A stretch of DNA of 46,484 nt from a virus (taxonomy: Duplodnaviria > Caudoviricetes): positions 1 to 46,484 of IMG/VR virus record IMGVR_UViG_3300012667_000478. The stretch is one strand, 5' to 3'. The position numbers and the translations under genes are program-made. Position 1 is the first letter of the stretch. Each line of letters begins with the position of its first letter. The notes under the pieces are model-generated. The model was not told where the DNA came from. It worked only from the letters and a program-made list of their open reading frames with translations, and made no database searches. Of this stretch, positions 27,148-36,599 are shown one piece after another.

Positions 27148-27816
27148 TTATTCTCCTAATTGATATTTTGCTATTTTATCCAAGATTAACCTGTAATCAT
27201 TTGGTTCAAACTTATCTAAACATCCTTCTGGAGATTTAGCAAGTCTTAATCCATCATAATTAGTTAAAAATGAATATTCCATTTTTCCATTTACTTCTTT
27301 CACATCAGCATGTAGAACATAAGTAAAATAAGAAGGAATCTTAATCTGGTTATCCAATAACTTACCTACAGTTTGTAAAGTAATTTCTGTATCACCATTC
27401 ATATTAGTACTTCTTTCAGTATGTCCTATCACTATCACATTTAAATCATCACGCAATTTTTCTTCCATTTTAATTAAGCCTTGGAATACGTCAACAGCTA
27501 AATCTGACCACTTTTGAAAACCATTAATTTTGGCATCAGCCATAACTCTGTTAGTTAAAAAGTGAGTAAAATCCTCAACAACAATTGTCTTGAATTTTGT
27601 ACCATCATTAGCTTTTGTTAGTATAACTTTAAGCTCTGGAAATGTAGAACAATTTACTACATTGCCTTTTTCTGTACTGTATTTCACAGCACCTCCCTTA
27701 AAAGGTAATTCTTTTCTATTAGGTTTAACTAATAGAGTTGTACTCTCATCTAGATTTAATATGGCTCTAGATTTGCCACTACCAGGATTTCCGATAGCTA
27801 AGATAATTCTTCCCAT
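27148..27816 (-). CDS. Sak4-like AAA (AAA_24) recombination ATPase
   Basis: GNPGSGKS, IVVED, IGH, AKSP. Confidence 0.8.
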   Translation of the reverse strand: MGRIILAIGNPGSGKSRAILNLDESTTLLVKPNRKELPFKGGAVKYSTEKGNVVNCSTFPELKVILTKANDGTKFKTIVVEDFTHFLTNRVMADAKINGFQKWSDLAVDVFQGLIKMEEKLRDDLNVIVIGHTERSTNMNGDTEITLQTVGKLLDNQIKIPSYFTYVLHADVKEVNGKMEYSFLTNYDGLRLAKSPEGCLDKFEPNDYRLILDKIAKYQLGE

Positions 27817-27817
27817 T

Positions 27818-28876
27818 CTATTTGTTTAAGTACATTGTGTAATCTTCTGTTGTCATTTCTCTAGGTAATTCTTCAAAGTAACCAGCTTCAGGTTTAGTAT
27901 ATAATCCGATGGATATATTATCTTGACCTAATCTATTCTTAATTACTTTAAGAAGTCTGTACTTACCTTTTAGATTACCAGGAAAACCTTCAACTTTAAT
28001 ATTGTAAGTTAGACTTGTTTCTAAGTCCATCTTATAAGCATTCATTAATCCTAAAACTACATCTGCATCTTGATAAGGATTAGTTGAGTCTTTGAAATCA
28101 GTTTGTTGTGGAGATATATCTGCACCTTTAAACTTCAATCTGTCTATTGAACTTAAGCCCTGATTAAATTGCTGAACTACAAAAAATGTCATGTTAAACA
28201 TATTTCTACAGGCAACAACATATTCAGACATTTTATCAATATTTTGTTTAAGATTAAATCCTCTTTCTAAACGACCTAAAGCCATGTGATCTAACACTAC
28301 AATATTGTATTCTTCTTTGTTATTAGCTTTCCAACTAACTATCTTTTCTTTAGCATTACCTTCCTCATCAGTATATGGCATCATTGTAAATTGACCTTTA
28401 GCAGACATTGTTTTCCACCATAGGTGATACAATCCTGTAGGATTTTCTGGAACCCAGTGCCAATCTATTTGTGCAAATAGTTCTTCTAATTCAGGTAATT
28501 CATCATAGACTATTTCTTTTTCTTCAGCAGTCAATCTAGAATCACCTAAACCTTTAATAGTTTGTGGTGATATTACTCTATTGTACTTTTTGTAAATCAT
28601 GATAGATAGCCAGTTAGCTTTCTTACTTACTTCATCAATCTCCCAAGAGTAATAAGTAACATTAAATGGAATATTTTTAGATTTAGCATCTTGTAAACCA
28701 TTCAATAATATAAAATCACAAAGAGTTGTTTTTGAACTTCCTGACAGTCCACCAATTAAGGTATAACAACTTCTTTGAATATTATAAATATACTTATTAA
28801 TTCTATCAAATCCATTAGCTAAACCAGTGTATTCGCCTAATAATCCTTGTTCTATTCTTTGCTTAAATTGCGTCAT
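27818..28876 (-). CDS. DnaB-like replicative helicase
   Basis: GGLSGSSKT, SWE, VLDH, QQFNQ, QDADVV, IKNR. Confidence 0.85.
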   Translation of the reverse strand: MTQFKQRIEQGLLGEYTGLANGFDRINKYIYNIQRSCYTLIGGLSGSSKTTLCDFILLNGLQDAKSKNIPFNVTYYSWEIDEVSKKANWLSIMIYKKYNRVISPQTIKGLGDSRLTAEEKEIVYDELPELEELFAQIDWHWVPENPTGLYHLWWKTMSAKGQFTMMPYTDEEGNAKEKIVSWKANNKEEYNIVVLDHMALGRLERGFNLKQNIDKMSEYVVACRNMFNMTFFVVQQFNQGLSSIDRLKFKGADISPQQTDFKDSTNPYQDADVVLGLMNAYKMDLETSLTYNIKVEGFPGNLKGKYRLLKVIKNRLGQDNISIGLYTKPEAGYFEELPREMTTEDYTMYLNK

Positions 28877-29462
28877 AGTCAGTGTTTGATTTTGGTAATA
28901 CGTCTATTTTAGAAACTTCATTGATATACTGCTCCCAAGTTCTTTGAGAAAGAAAAGTAGCTAATAACTGCATAAATTCCTGTTTATTGTCTTTCAGATG
29001 CTCTCTGTAATACATTTGGATACATAATAATATTTTCTTATGTAATTCTATATCTATACCATTGCTAACTAGACAAGATTTATATAATTTCTTACATCTT
29101 ACTAAATCATTATGTAATCTTCTTGTACCTCCAGTAATTCTCTTAACACTGTTAGGATAAGTAGACAGTAATTCTCTAAAACATACATCAAAAGGTGCAT
29201 TATCTTGCACATTAAATATGTTTTTTGTGATTTCTGTCACACTTATACTATCAAAAGTGCAATTTAATGCATCTTTAAGTACAATAAAACCAGAATTTCT
29301 TAAATTGTAAAATACTTGAGTGTCAATTGGTCCACAACTGTAGACATATTTCACAAGTATTTCTTCTTCTTTGTTGACTAAACAATATAAAATAAACCAT
29401 TCTTCTATCTTTAGTTTATTAGTATATAATTTGTTTAAGTCTACACTAATTTGTTCAATCAT
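28863..29462 (-). CDS. Conserved hypothetical protein (possible replication initiator/helicase loader)
   Basis: wHTH-like N-terminus; FRELLSTYP...ATFLSQRTWE; coupled to the helicase gene. Confidence 0.55.
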   Translation of the reverse strand: MIEQISVDLNKLYTNKLKIEEWFILYCLVNKEEEILVKYVYSCGPIDTQVFYNLRNSGFIVLKDALNCTFDSISVTEITKNIFNVQDNAPFDVCFRELLSTYPNSVKRITGGTRRLHNDLVRCKKLYKSCLVSNGIDIELHKKILLCIQMYYREHLKDNKQEFMQLLATFLSQRTWEQYINEVSKIDVLPKSNTDYDAI

Positions 29463-30544
29463 AAGTATGTTATTTTATTTTGGTTAAATCCTTCTAATGC
29501 AGATTTAACCCATTGTTCATCAATCGTGTCCTTGTAACATAATATATGTATAGTACTACAATCATCAGGATTTAATCTAAGAAACCTAAATATCTTTTGA
29601 CTAGCTTTTCTCTCATTGCCATAAGAGTGTAAGATAATTCCAAACTTTAGATTAGGTATATTAATTCCCTCTGATAATTGTTCTACTGCACATAATTTAT
29701 TATTCATACCATTACTAACTTTAAACTTTTCTAAATTAGATTCAGAAAACTTATTATTAGAATGATAAGTTACAGGACATATTCTTGCTGCTTGTTCTTG
29801 AGTACTAGCAAAACATAAGCATTTACTGTGTAATCCTATAGTATTTAACAGGTACCTTGCTTTAACTTCTTTAGTTAAGAATCCTTGCATTGCCTTCATG
29901 CGTTGTATAGCTGCAATCTGTTTCATCTTACCATGTGAGCTATCTACACGTCCTGTCCAATAATTATAAATAGCTAGTTCGCTAGTCATCCAAGTAGCTT
30001 GAGGTTTCACAACCTTAATATTCTTTTCCTTATCTAACTGTACATAATGTACAACCACTCTATAATCATTTAATATAGAATGATCTACTGCTTGATCTGT
30101 ATTATAAGAATATACTATTGGACAATACTTATCTACCATAAAACCACTTTCTGATTTTTCATCCCTAGGAGGGGTTCCTGTAAGTCCTAATATATGTCCT
30201 TTATACTTACTCATCCAAGCATTCTTAGTTAATTTAAGATTATGCACTTCATCTAAATAAATACCATCATAATCATGGCGTTGTTTAGGTAAAGATAAAT
30301 AAGTAGAGAATGTAATATTTTCAAGTAGATATTCAAGATTAAACTTTTTAGCATCATCTTTCCAAGATTCAAAAATAGATTTCTTTGGAGCTACTACTAA
30401 AAATTTACAATGACCAAATTGCTTTGTAGCCATATGTCTTAATCCTATAAGGGTTTTACCTGTACCTCCTGAAAGTGCAACTGTTGCTCTACTTTTATCT
30501 TCTAATAACTTTAAAACTTTATCTTGAATATCTTCTCTAGTCAT
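29459..30544 (-). CDS. Superfamily 2 (DExH) helicase
   Basis: GGTGKT, DEVH, LTGTP, EGINIP, QKIFRFLR. Confidence 0.88.
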   Translation of the reverse strand: MTREDIQDKVLKLLEDKSRATVALSGGTGKTLIGLRHMATKQFGHCKFLVVAPKKSIFESWKDDAKKFNLEYLLENITFSTYLSLPKQRHDYDGIYLDEVHNLKLTKNAWMSKYKGHILGLTGTPPRDEKSESGFMVDKYCPIVYSYNTDQAVDHSILNDYRVVVHYVQLDKEKNIKVVKPQATWMTSELAIYNYWTGRVDSSHGKMKQIAAIQRMKAMQGFLTKEVKARYLLNTIGLHSKCLCFASTQEQAARICPVTYHSNNKFSESNLEKFKVSNGMNNKLCAVEQLSEGINIPNLKFGIILHSYGNERKASQKIFRFLRLNPDDCSTIHILCYKDTIDEQWVKSALEGFNQNKITYL

Positions 30545-30639
30545 ATTATTTTTTTGTTTTTTGAATTAATCTATCTAGTAGAAAGTAAGTTAAAATTAAA
30601 CATAGTCCAATTAACTCATTATTACTTATATTTCCCATA

Positions 30640-30870
30640 TTAGTCTACTAAAGTAAATGATGGTGCATGAAACTTACGAATTTTCAAGCCTGCAGATTTT
30701 AATAACTTAGTTGTTTGAGCAATATTCAAACCATAGTGATTTGCAATTTGTTCTTTCTTACTACCTGATTCAACCATTGCAGCTAATGCCGCTTTAGAGA
30801 TTGTTCTAGCAGTTGTAGTAGTCTGTGCTACTGGAGTAACTTCTGTTACTGAGTTTAATTGTACTTCCAT
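30640..30870 (-). CDS. Small HTH DNA-binding protein
   Basis: SKKEQIANHYGLNIAQTTKLLKSAGL. Confidence 0.6.
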   Translation of the reverse strand: MEVQLNSVTEVTPVAQTTTTARTISKAALAAMVESGSKKEQIANHYGLNIAQTTKLLKSAGLKIRKFHAPSFTLVD

Positions 30871-30880
30871 TTGTTTTGTT

Positions 30881-31354
30881 TTATTTGTTATTTATTTGAT
30901 TATCTACTTTTACTCCTTGAAATAATGATTCTAGCCAAGTATTCATATCAGAAGAAGTTTCTTTAATTAAATGAATACATTGTCTAATATCTACATTATG
31001 TGGATATTTAACATAACCCATTGCATAAGAGCCTTTAGCAACTCTTAAATCTAAGCCATACTTAGTAGCTTTATTTAAAAGTTGCTTATCTCCTGTATAA
31101 TTAAGCCAACAATGAGCTCCACCTGATTTTGTATTATACATAAATGATTGTTGTAATTCAGATAAAATATTATCAGGTATAAATAAATATCCATCCTTAT
31201 CATTCTTAACATCAATATCTAATATAATATAATTATCTGATGGTGCTACAGCTAAAGCATAACCTTCTGGTACATTACCTTCAAAAAATGTATTATCTGG
31301 AACCATAGACCATTTTACAATTGGAGCATTTGATTTTAAGAGAAATGATTTCAT
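30881..31354 (-). CDS. Prim-Pol (AEP superfamily) catalytic domain protein
   Basis: IILDIDVK, TKSGGAHCW, LDLR, GYV. Confidence 0.75.
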   Translation of the reverse strand: MKSFLLKSNAPIVKWSMVPDNTFFEGNVPEGYALAVAPSDNYIILDIDVKNDKDGYLFIPDNILSELQQSFMYNTKSGGAHCWLNYTGDKQLLNKATKYGLDLRVAKGSYAMGYVKYPHNVDIRQCIHLIKETSSDMNTWLESLFQGVKVDNQINNK

Positions 31355-31605
31355 TAGAATTTATATTGAGCTTTAGCTTGTTCTTTTTTCCAAAACTTTC
31401 TGTAATTATTAACTTTGCAATAATCCCAAAGTCTATCTATCTCAGTTCCAATAAACCCATCAACTTTGATTTCATCATTTAATTCATCTTCTAATTGTTC
31501 TTGTGTCATTTCTAAATGTTGAGCATATCCAATTAAGGTTACTACACTACTATTTCTTGAGCCTGGCTCAAAAGAAATATCATTATCTGTTATAAACTTT
31601 CTCAT
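31354..31605 (-). CDS. PriCT-like primase C-terminal domain as a stand-alone gene
   Basis: PGSRNSSVVTLIGYA...EIDRLW; coupled to the Prim-Pol gene. Confidence 0.5.
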   Translation of the reverse strand: MRKFITDNDISFEPGSRNSSVVTLIGYAQHLEMTQEQLEDELNDEIKVDGFIGTEIDRLWDYCKVNNYRKFWKKEQAKAQYKF

Positions 31606-31606
31606 A

Positions 31607-31789
31607 TTAAATATTGCTATAAGGGTTTTCTAAAATCCATGCTTGTAATTCATCAACAGAATTAAATCCTAAACCGGATAAATCCTTGTTTCCTATTTTA
31701 CTCCATGTGTCTTTGTTATTAAGTAAATGTGCTCTAGCCTCAGCTTTCATATTTCTTAATTCATTCAGTAAGTTATCTATCTCACTCAT
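31607..31789 (-). CDS. Hypothetical protein
   Basis: 60-aa ORF in a coupled operon. Confidence 0.6.
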   Translation of the reverse strand: MSEIDNLLNELRNMKAEARAHLLNNKDTWSKIGNKDLSGLGFNSVDELQAWILENPYSNI

Positions 31790-32536
31790 TATGCTAATGT
31801 TTTTAAGGTTAATAATTCTTTTTTGATAAAGTTATGTACTTTAACATGGTCACTTAAATGATTATTAATTGTGCTTGTTTTTAAACTTTCTGTAATATTA
31901 TTATAAAAATCCCAAACAGTGTCGTTTGTAAAATCTTTTGAATAATATAACTCATTCTTGATAATATCTAACTGAGTAGATGTTATCATTTTTTCTTCAA
32001 TATACATTCTACCTAACAATTCAGAACAAGTCTTTTTTGTTATATCTCTTTCTTTCATTAAGTTTCTATCAGCAATGATAGAGTTAAATGAAATATCAAA
32101 TTCATTGATAGAATCTATAATTTTATTTTTAACAATTGAGCTAGCTGCACCAGTATGTTTTCTAATTAAAGAAATATCTCCTGATATTACTCCATTTTCA
32201 CAAATCCATACTTGACCACCTATTGCTAATCCTGCAGACATAGTCTTGTTATAACTATTTCTAAAAGCCATCATAATACCTAACTCACTATCAGTGTGTT
32301 CTATACCATAATAACCTATTAATTTAGTTCCTTCATGATTAGCTTTGTAATTAGAAGTTTTAATCTTAAAACCTTTAATATCCAGTTGTTCTTTAATACC
32401 TTCTATTATTTCCTTATGTGAAATAGGACTATAAGTTAAAGTTTTATTAGGAACTGGTACTTCTAATAGTTCAGTTTCACTAAAATTGTTCATTATTAAA
32501 TGTTTCATTATACTAATGTTTTTAATGTTAATAATT
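31786..32536. repeat. 32-nt direct repeat (30/32 identical) flanking the DUF932-like gene
   Basis: tcattatgctaatgtttttaaggttaataatt (31786-31817) vs tcattatactaatgtttttaatgttaataatt (32505-32536). Confidence 0.85.
31789..32508 (-). CDS. DUF932/DUF945-like protein
   Basis: TYSPISH, FRNSYNKT, ICENG, RKHT, WDFYNNITESLK. Confidence 0.75.
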   Translation of the reverse strand: MKHLIMNNFSETELLEVPVPNKTLTYSPISHKEIIEGIKEQLDIKGFKIKTSNYKANHEGTKLIGYYGIEHTDSELGIMMAFRNSYNKTMSAGLAIGGQVWICENGVISGDISLIRKHTGAASSIVKNKIIDSINEFDISFNSIIADRNLMKERDITKKTCSELLGRMYIEEKMITSTQLDIIKNELYYSKDFTNDTVWDFYNNITESLKTSTINNHLSDHVKVHNFIKKELLTLKTLA

Positions 32537-33245
32537 GTTCAGGAGTAATACTTAAATCTCTCTTCCAAACTTTAAGTATCTTTAATACTACTTCAAATTG
32601 TTCAATAGTATCATCAAAATACTTAGTTCCTTTATCAGACTTATAAAAATTATCAGTCAAAATAATTTCTTCTATAATTTCAATATACTTATCAGTTACA
32701 GATGTTAAATCATAACCTCTTTGTGTATATTTAACTACTCTTTCAAATTGTCTTAAAAGACGTTTAGTACCCCAAAAGTTACATTTGTAAAATGTACCAT
32801 TCCATTTATTCCAAGTACCTACTTTACCTGTAGATTCTCTCAATGAAATAGTTTTACCTGTTTTAATATCATAAGCTGTTGTTATAATATCTAAATCAAA
32901 ATTACTAACTACATCAAAACAAGTCTTGTTAAACTTTTTAAATATAACATTTACATCTACACATAAATTATATTTAAATTTGATTGTAATTAATCCTAAT
33001 GAATCTAACGAAGATTTATCTTCATTTGTAAATTCTTCAAACTTATGTTTTTCTAATGGATCTAAGATATTAAACATTGGATTATAATACATAAAATAAA
33101 GTAGTTTTGTAAAACTAGCTTTGTCATAAGTAAATAAGTCAATGTCTTGTCCTTCAAAGTAATCTAAAAGACAACTACCTGTGATACATCCATTAATCTC
33201 TTGTTTTTTTAATAATTCAATAGCACTATCAATTTGTTCTTTCAT
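32508..33245 (-). CDS. Pol-beta-superfamily nucleotidyltransferase (CCA-adding/poly(A)-like head domain)
   Basis: ITGS...QDIDLF, VDVNV, VSNFDL, ERVVKYTQRGY. Confidence 0.7.
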   Translation of the reverse strand: MKEQIDSAIELLKKQEINGCITGSCLLDYFEGQDIDLFTYDKASFTKLLYFMYYNPMFNILDPLEKHKFEEFTNEDKSSLDSLGLITIKFKYNLCVDVNVIFKKFNKTCFDVVSNFDLDIITTAYDIKTGKTISLRESTGKVGTWNKWNGTFYKCNFWGTKRLLRQFERVVKYTQRGYDLTSVTDKYIEIIEEIILTDNFYKSDKGTKYFDDTIEQFEVVLKILKVWKRDLSITPEQLLTLKTLV

Positions 33246-33263
33246 TTAGTTTGTTTTAAAATA

Positions 33264-33358
33264 AATAATATGTATCTCCAAAGTGTCTTATTTCTAAGTC
33301 TCATATGCTCGTAAAATGGACGTCACATAGTTGGGTATGATCCATCATACATATTATT
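33264..33358 (-). ncRNA. Putative structured intergenic RNA
   Basis: A 12-bp closing stem AATAATATGTAT/ATACATATTATT encloses ATGGA/TCCAT, CATA/TATG and CTTA-GAAA-TAAG. Confidence 0.5.
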
Positions 33359-33367
33359 ATATTTATA

Positions 33368-33856
33368 TTATTTTAATTTGTCTGCTGTAATCTTAACTGC
33401 TGCTAAAATTTGTTTAATACTATAAATAGCATTTAACTTAACAACACCTTCAGTGAAATAATCACCAACTGATTCTACATCATCAATTTTATTAAATTCA
33501 TTCATGATTTCATTCATTTTAGAAGCTTCTACTTTAGAATCTTCATAGTTAACAAAATCTAATGCATACTTAACTAATTCATCTTGAACTTTACTAGTTG
33601 GTTTAGCTGGTGCTGATACATAAGATTTAGCAGTATCATTAATAGCAGCCATTACACTAGCTTTAATTGCTTCTAAATTATCAACTTTACTTGCTGTAAA
33701 GTTTTTGTCTTTAATTGCTTCTGCAAACTTAACAATGTATTCTGCTGATTTTTGTTGTTTAACATAATCTACATGATTTACTGGTTTCTTAGAGTCTTTA
33801 CTGATTAAGTAACCTGCTGCATTCAATTCTAACTGTTTTGCTGTTAAAAATTCCAT
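33368..33856 (-). CDS. Hypothetical protein
   Basis: 162-aa Ala/Lys-rich ORF with an A-rich leader. Confidence 0.75.
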   Translation of the reverse strand: MEFLTAKQLELNAAGYLISKDSKKPVNHVDYVKQQKSAEYIVKFAEAIKDKNFTASKVDNLEAIKASVMAAINDTAKSYVSAPAKPTSKVQDELVKYALDFVNYEDSKVEASKMNEIMNEFNKIDDVESVGDYFTEGVVKLNAIYSIKQILAAVKITADKLK

Positions 33857-33887
33857 TTTTTTTGTTTTTGGGTTTTAGGGTTTATAT

Positions 33888-34829
33888 TTATTTGTTTATT
33901 GTGTTAATCCAGTTCTTTACTTTAATAGTAGTCTTAGGTTCAAATGATCTTGCATAACCAGTTACATTATCACTGTTTTTGTCAGTATGTAGTGAATATA
34001 ATGTTTGAACTTTAAAGTTACATTTATCTCCTCTACTTGCATAGTATCCAGGATTATCATTATCACCAAAAGAAATAACAGTGTTATACTCATTATGACT
34101 TTTTATAATTTGATTAAACATTTCTCCTTCATTACCTCCACCATAATCTCCTACTGCACCTACAATATCAGTATTAGGTACGTCATTATAATCTATCAAA
34201 TAACTTTTACAACCTGTTAAGATTACATCAGCATAGAATTTTTTAGACATTAACTTACCTAAGTTGACAATAGTTAATACTACTGACTTAGGCATAGATG
34301 ATGAAATATCTAGTATTAATAGATTCTTCATATTATGTTTAATATTACCATAACCAATGTTCATTCCTAATTGTTTATTAAATGCTGTAGGATCAAAAGT
34401 AACTTCATCAATGATGTTAGTTTCAATACTAGCTTTAATATCTTCTAACCATACTGGTAAGATTTTTAACTGAGATAATCTATCAAAGTCAACAAAATAT
34501 TGATCTTCAATAAAATCATCTACTTTTAATTCATATCTTCCATTACCACCTTCATAATATTCACCACCTGAATTTAATTTGTAATTTCTAATACTGTTAG
34601 AATTATATCCAATGTTTCTTAAACAATCTAACCATTTAATTGGTATACCTGTGTTTAAACAAGATTTATATAACACTTGAAATTCTAAGAATACAGTTAT
34701 AAAACTTAATTCTTCTTTGCTACCTATAATATAAGGTAATCCTTTGGGTAGATTCTTAAAATCTTCCTCATTCTCAACTAGAAATATTGTTGGTATTTCT
34801 ACTTTCTTACTTGTGATTTTTGTTATCAT
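33888..34829 (-). CDS. vWA-domain protein
   Basis: MIDAS motif ILDISSSM, then GGGN and ISFGD; adjacent to a MoxR-like ATPase. Confidence 0.75.
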   Translation of the reverse strand: MITKITSKKVEIPTIFLVENEEDFKNLPKGLPYIIGSKEELSFITVFLEFQVLYKSCLNTGIPIKWLDCLRNIGYNSNSIRNYKLNSGGEYYEGGNGRYELKVDDFIEDQYFVDFDRLSQLKILPVWLEDIKASIETNIIDEVTFDPTAFNKQLGMNIGYGNIKHNMKNLLILDISSSMPKSVVLTIVNLGKLMSKKFYADVILTGCKSYLIDYNDVPNTDIVGAVGDYGGGNEGEMFNQIIKSHNEYNTVISFGDNDNPGYYASRGDKCNFKVQTLYSLHTDKNSDNVTGYARSFEPKTTIKVKNWINTINK

Positions 34830-35817
34830 TTTGTACTATTAGTTTTAATAAATTTATATATTCAACTTCATCTCCTTTATTCACATTAATTGATTTAATA
34901 TCTGCTGGAGATACTATTTTCTGACTAAGAAAAGGAATTAATAAATGTCCATAAGGACTTTCTAATTCACAACCAATTTGGTTTATTGCTTTCTCAACAC
35001 TTCTTGGAGTAACATAATCCCAAGTATCTTGATCAAACTTTTCTTTACTAATTAATGTACACAAATGTTTAGAAATACTATTAGGCATACCATATTTATC
35101 TTTCATTAAAGCTTGATACTCTTCAGAATCAAATTTTAAATCATACCTAATAAATCTTTCCTTAATTTGAGGAGTTAAATTAATCAATCCTTGTGGATTA
35201 CTTGCAGACACTATCATTACATCAGCTAACTTTTTACCTGAAGGCAACATTCTATCTTCTAATAAGTTTAATACAGCATCTAAAGTTTGCTTTAGAGTAC
35301 CATTAAATACCTCATCAAAAAATAATACATCACCATCTTTTAAAGAATTTAATTCATGACTATCATAAACTAATAATTTACCACTTTTAACATCAGGCAT
35401 AACCATACCCACTACTTCATTTGGCATTCTTTGACTTAGTGTTATCTTAACCATGTTAACACCTTTTTCTTCTACAAACTTTTTAATAATTGTAGTTTTA
35501 CCTATCCCTGGATTTGACATGAATAAAGGTACAGTTTTTTTCCTTAATATCCTATTATCATAAGTCTTATTTAAGACATCAAGCATTTCTTTTTCCATTC
35601 CTGTTTTATTGTTTATTTTATTATTTGTTAATTCTAACCATTCATCAAATGTATATATTTTAAAACTGTTACTTTTAGCATATTCATAATTAGATCTAGT
35701 TTTATCTTTCCAATATATATAACAACTATCATCATTATATCTCATACCAAAAGTATAATTTATGTACTTTTCAACAAATTTCCATTCTTCTAATGAAGTA
35801 CAATGCACACATTCCAT
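34807..35817 (-). CDS. MoxR/dynein-related AAA+ ATPase (may start at internal Met ~35598)
   Basis: SNPGIGKT, LFFDE, SASN, KERF, TPRS. Confidence 0.82.
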   Translation of the reverse strand: MECVHCTSLEEWKFVEKYINYTFGMRYNDDSCYIYWKDKTRSNYEYAKSNSFKIYTFDEWLELTNNKINNKTGMEKEMLDVLNKTYDNRILRKKTVPLFMSNPGIGKTTIIKKFVEEKGVNMVKITLSQRMPNEVVGMVMPDVKSGKLLVYDSHELNSLKDGDVLFFDEVFNGTLKQTLDAVLNLLEDRMLPSGKKLADVMIVSASNPQGLINLTPQIKERFIRYDLKFDSEEYQALMKDKYGMPNSISKHLCTLISKEKFDQDTWDYVTPRSVEKAINQIGCELESPYGHLLIPFLSQKIVSPADIKSINVNKGDEVEYINLLKLIVQNDNKNHK

Positions 35818-36263
35818 TATATTATTCCTCTTTTTTTTAAAAACTTTATTAAATAAGTCATACTTTCTTTTTTAATTTTTTCTTTAGGTATTTCATAATC
35901 AAAACAAGGTCTATATTCTAATTGAAAGTATTGTTCAGTTACTCCAGATTCTTCATTATTGACAAAATATCTTGCATAACTATCTTCTCCTTTTATGTTA
36001 GTAATTTGTGTAATTTTAGGAGTATTATGACTTTTAGTATATTCATCATTAATATCATAAACCCAATCACCTAATTTGTAAGGATAATATATTAGTTTAA
36101 AAATTTCGTTTTTAAAATATTCAAGAACAACATCCATAGTATCAAATCCTATATCAGATTTATCATCATCAAAATAAACTTCAACATCATTTTTATCAAT
36201 TTTAGATATATAACCTTTTTTACCTGATTTAGATTTATAAATTATTCCTTCTCTTATTTCCAT
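35817..36263 (-). CDS. Hypothetical protein
   Basis: 148-aa ORF coupled to both neighbours. Confidence 0.65.
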   Translation of the reverse strand: MEIREGIIYKSKSGKKGYISKIDKNDVEVYFDDDKSDIGFDTMDVVLEYFKNEIFKLIYYPYKLGDWVYDINDEYTKSHNTPKITQITNIKGEDSYARYFVNNEESGVTEQYFQLEYRPCFDYEIPKEKIKKESMTYLIKFLKKRGII

Positions 36264-36598
36264 TATGTTATATTATTTAATAATTTTATAAGTGGTTTTT
36301 CATAACTTAAATCATTAAGATTAGAAAAATAATTTTCGTGAAAATGAGGTAAATATTCTTGTATTTCACTTAAATCAACAGGATTTTCTAAAGCATGTCT
36401 TTCAAAATCATCATTTGCCCAATAAGAATCTTCAAGTTCATAAACACCATTTTTAATAACTTCATTATAATGTATTCTTAAATAAGAATCTGCAAAACTA
36501 CTTATTCTAGACATTCTTTCAGTATTTGAATATCTTATAAAACTTTTATCATTATGTAATACTCTATACCAATTACCTTTTATAAATTCTTTTGCCAT
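36263..36598 (-). CDS. Hypothetical protein
   Basis: 111-aa ORF coupled to PolB. Confidence 0.65.
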   Translation of the reverse strand: MAKEFIKGNWYRVLHNDKSFIRYSNTERMSRISSFADSYLRIHYNEVIKNGVYELEDSYWANDDFERHALENPVDLSEIQEYLPHFHENYFSNLNDLSYEKPLIKLLNNIT

Positions 36599-36599
36599 A

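Noticed and set aside
27818-27820. Stop-codon reassignment, known in some crAss-like phages
   Set aside because: Genes are full length under code 11. TAG ends the helicase one base before the next ATG, TGA is used in ATGA overlaps, and no suppressor tRNA is seen.
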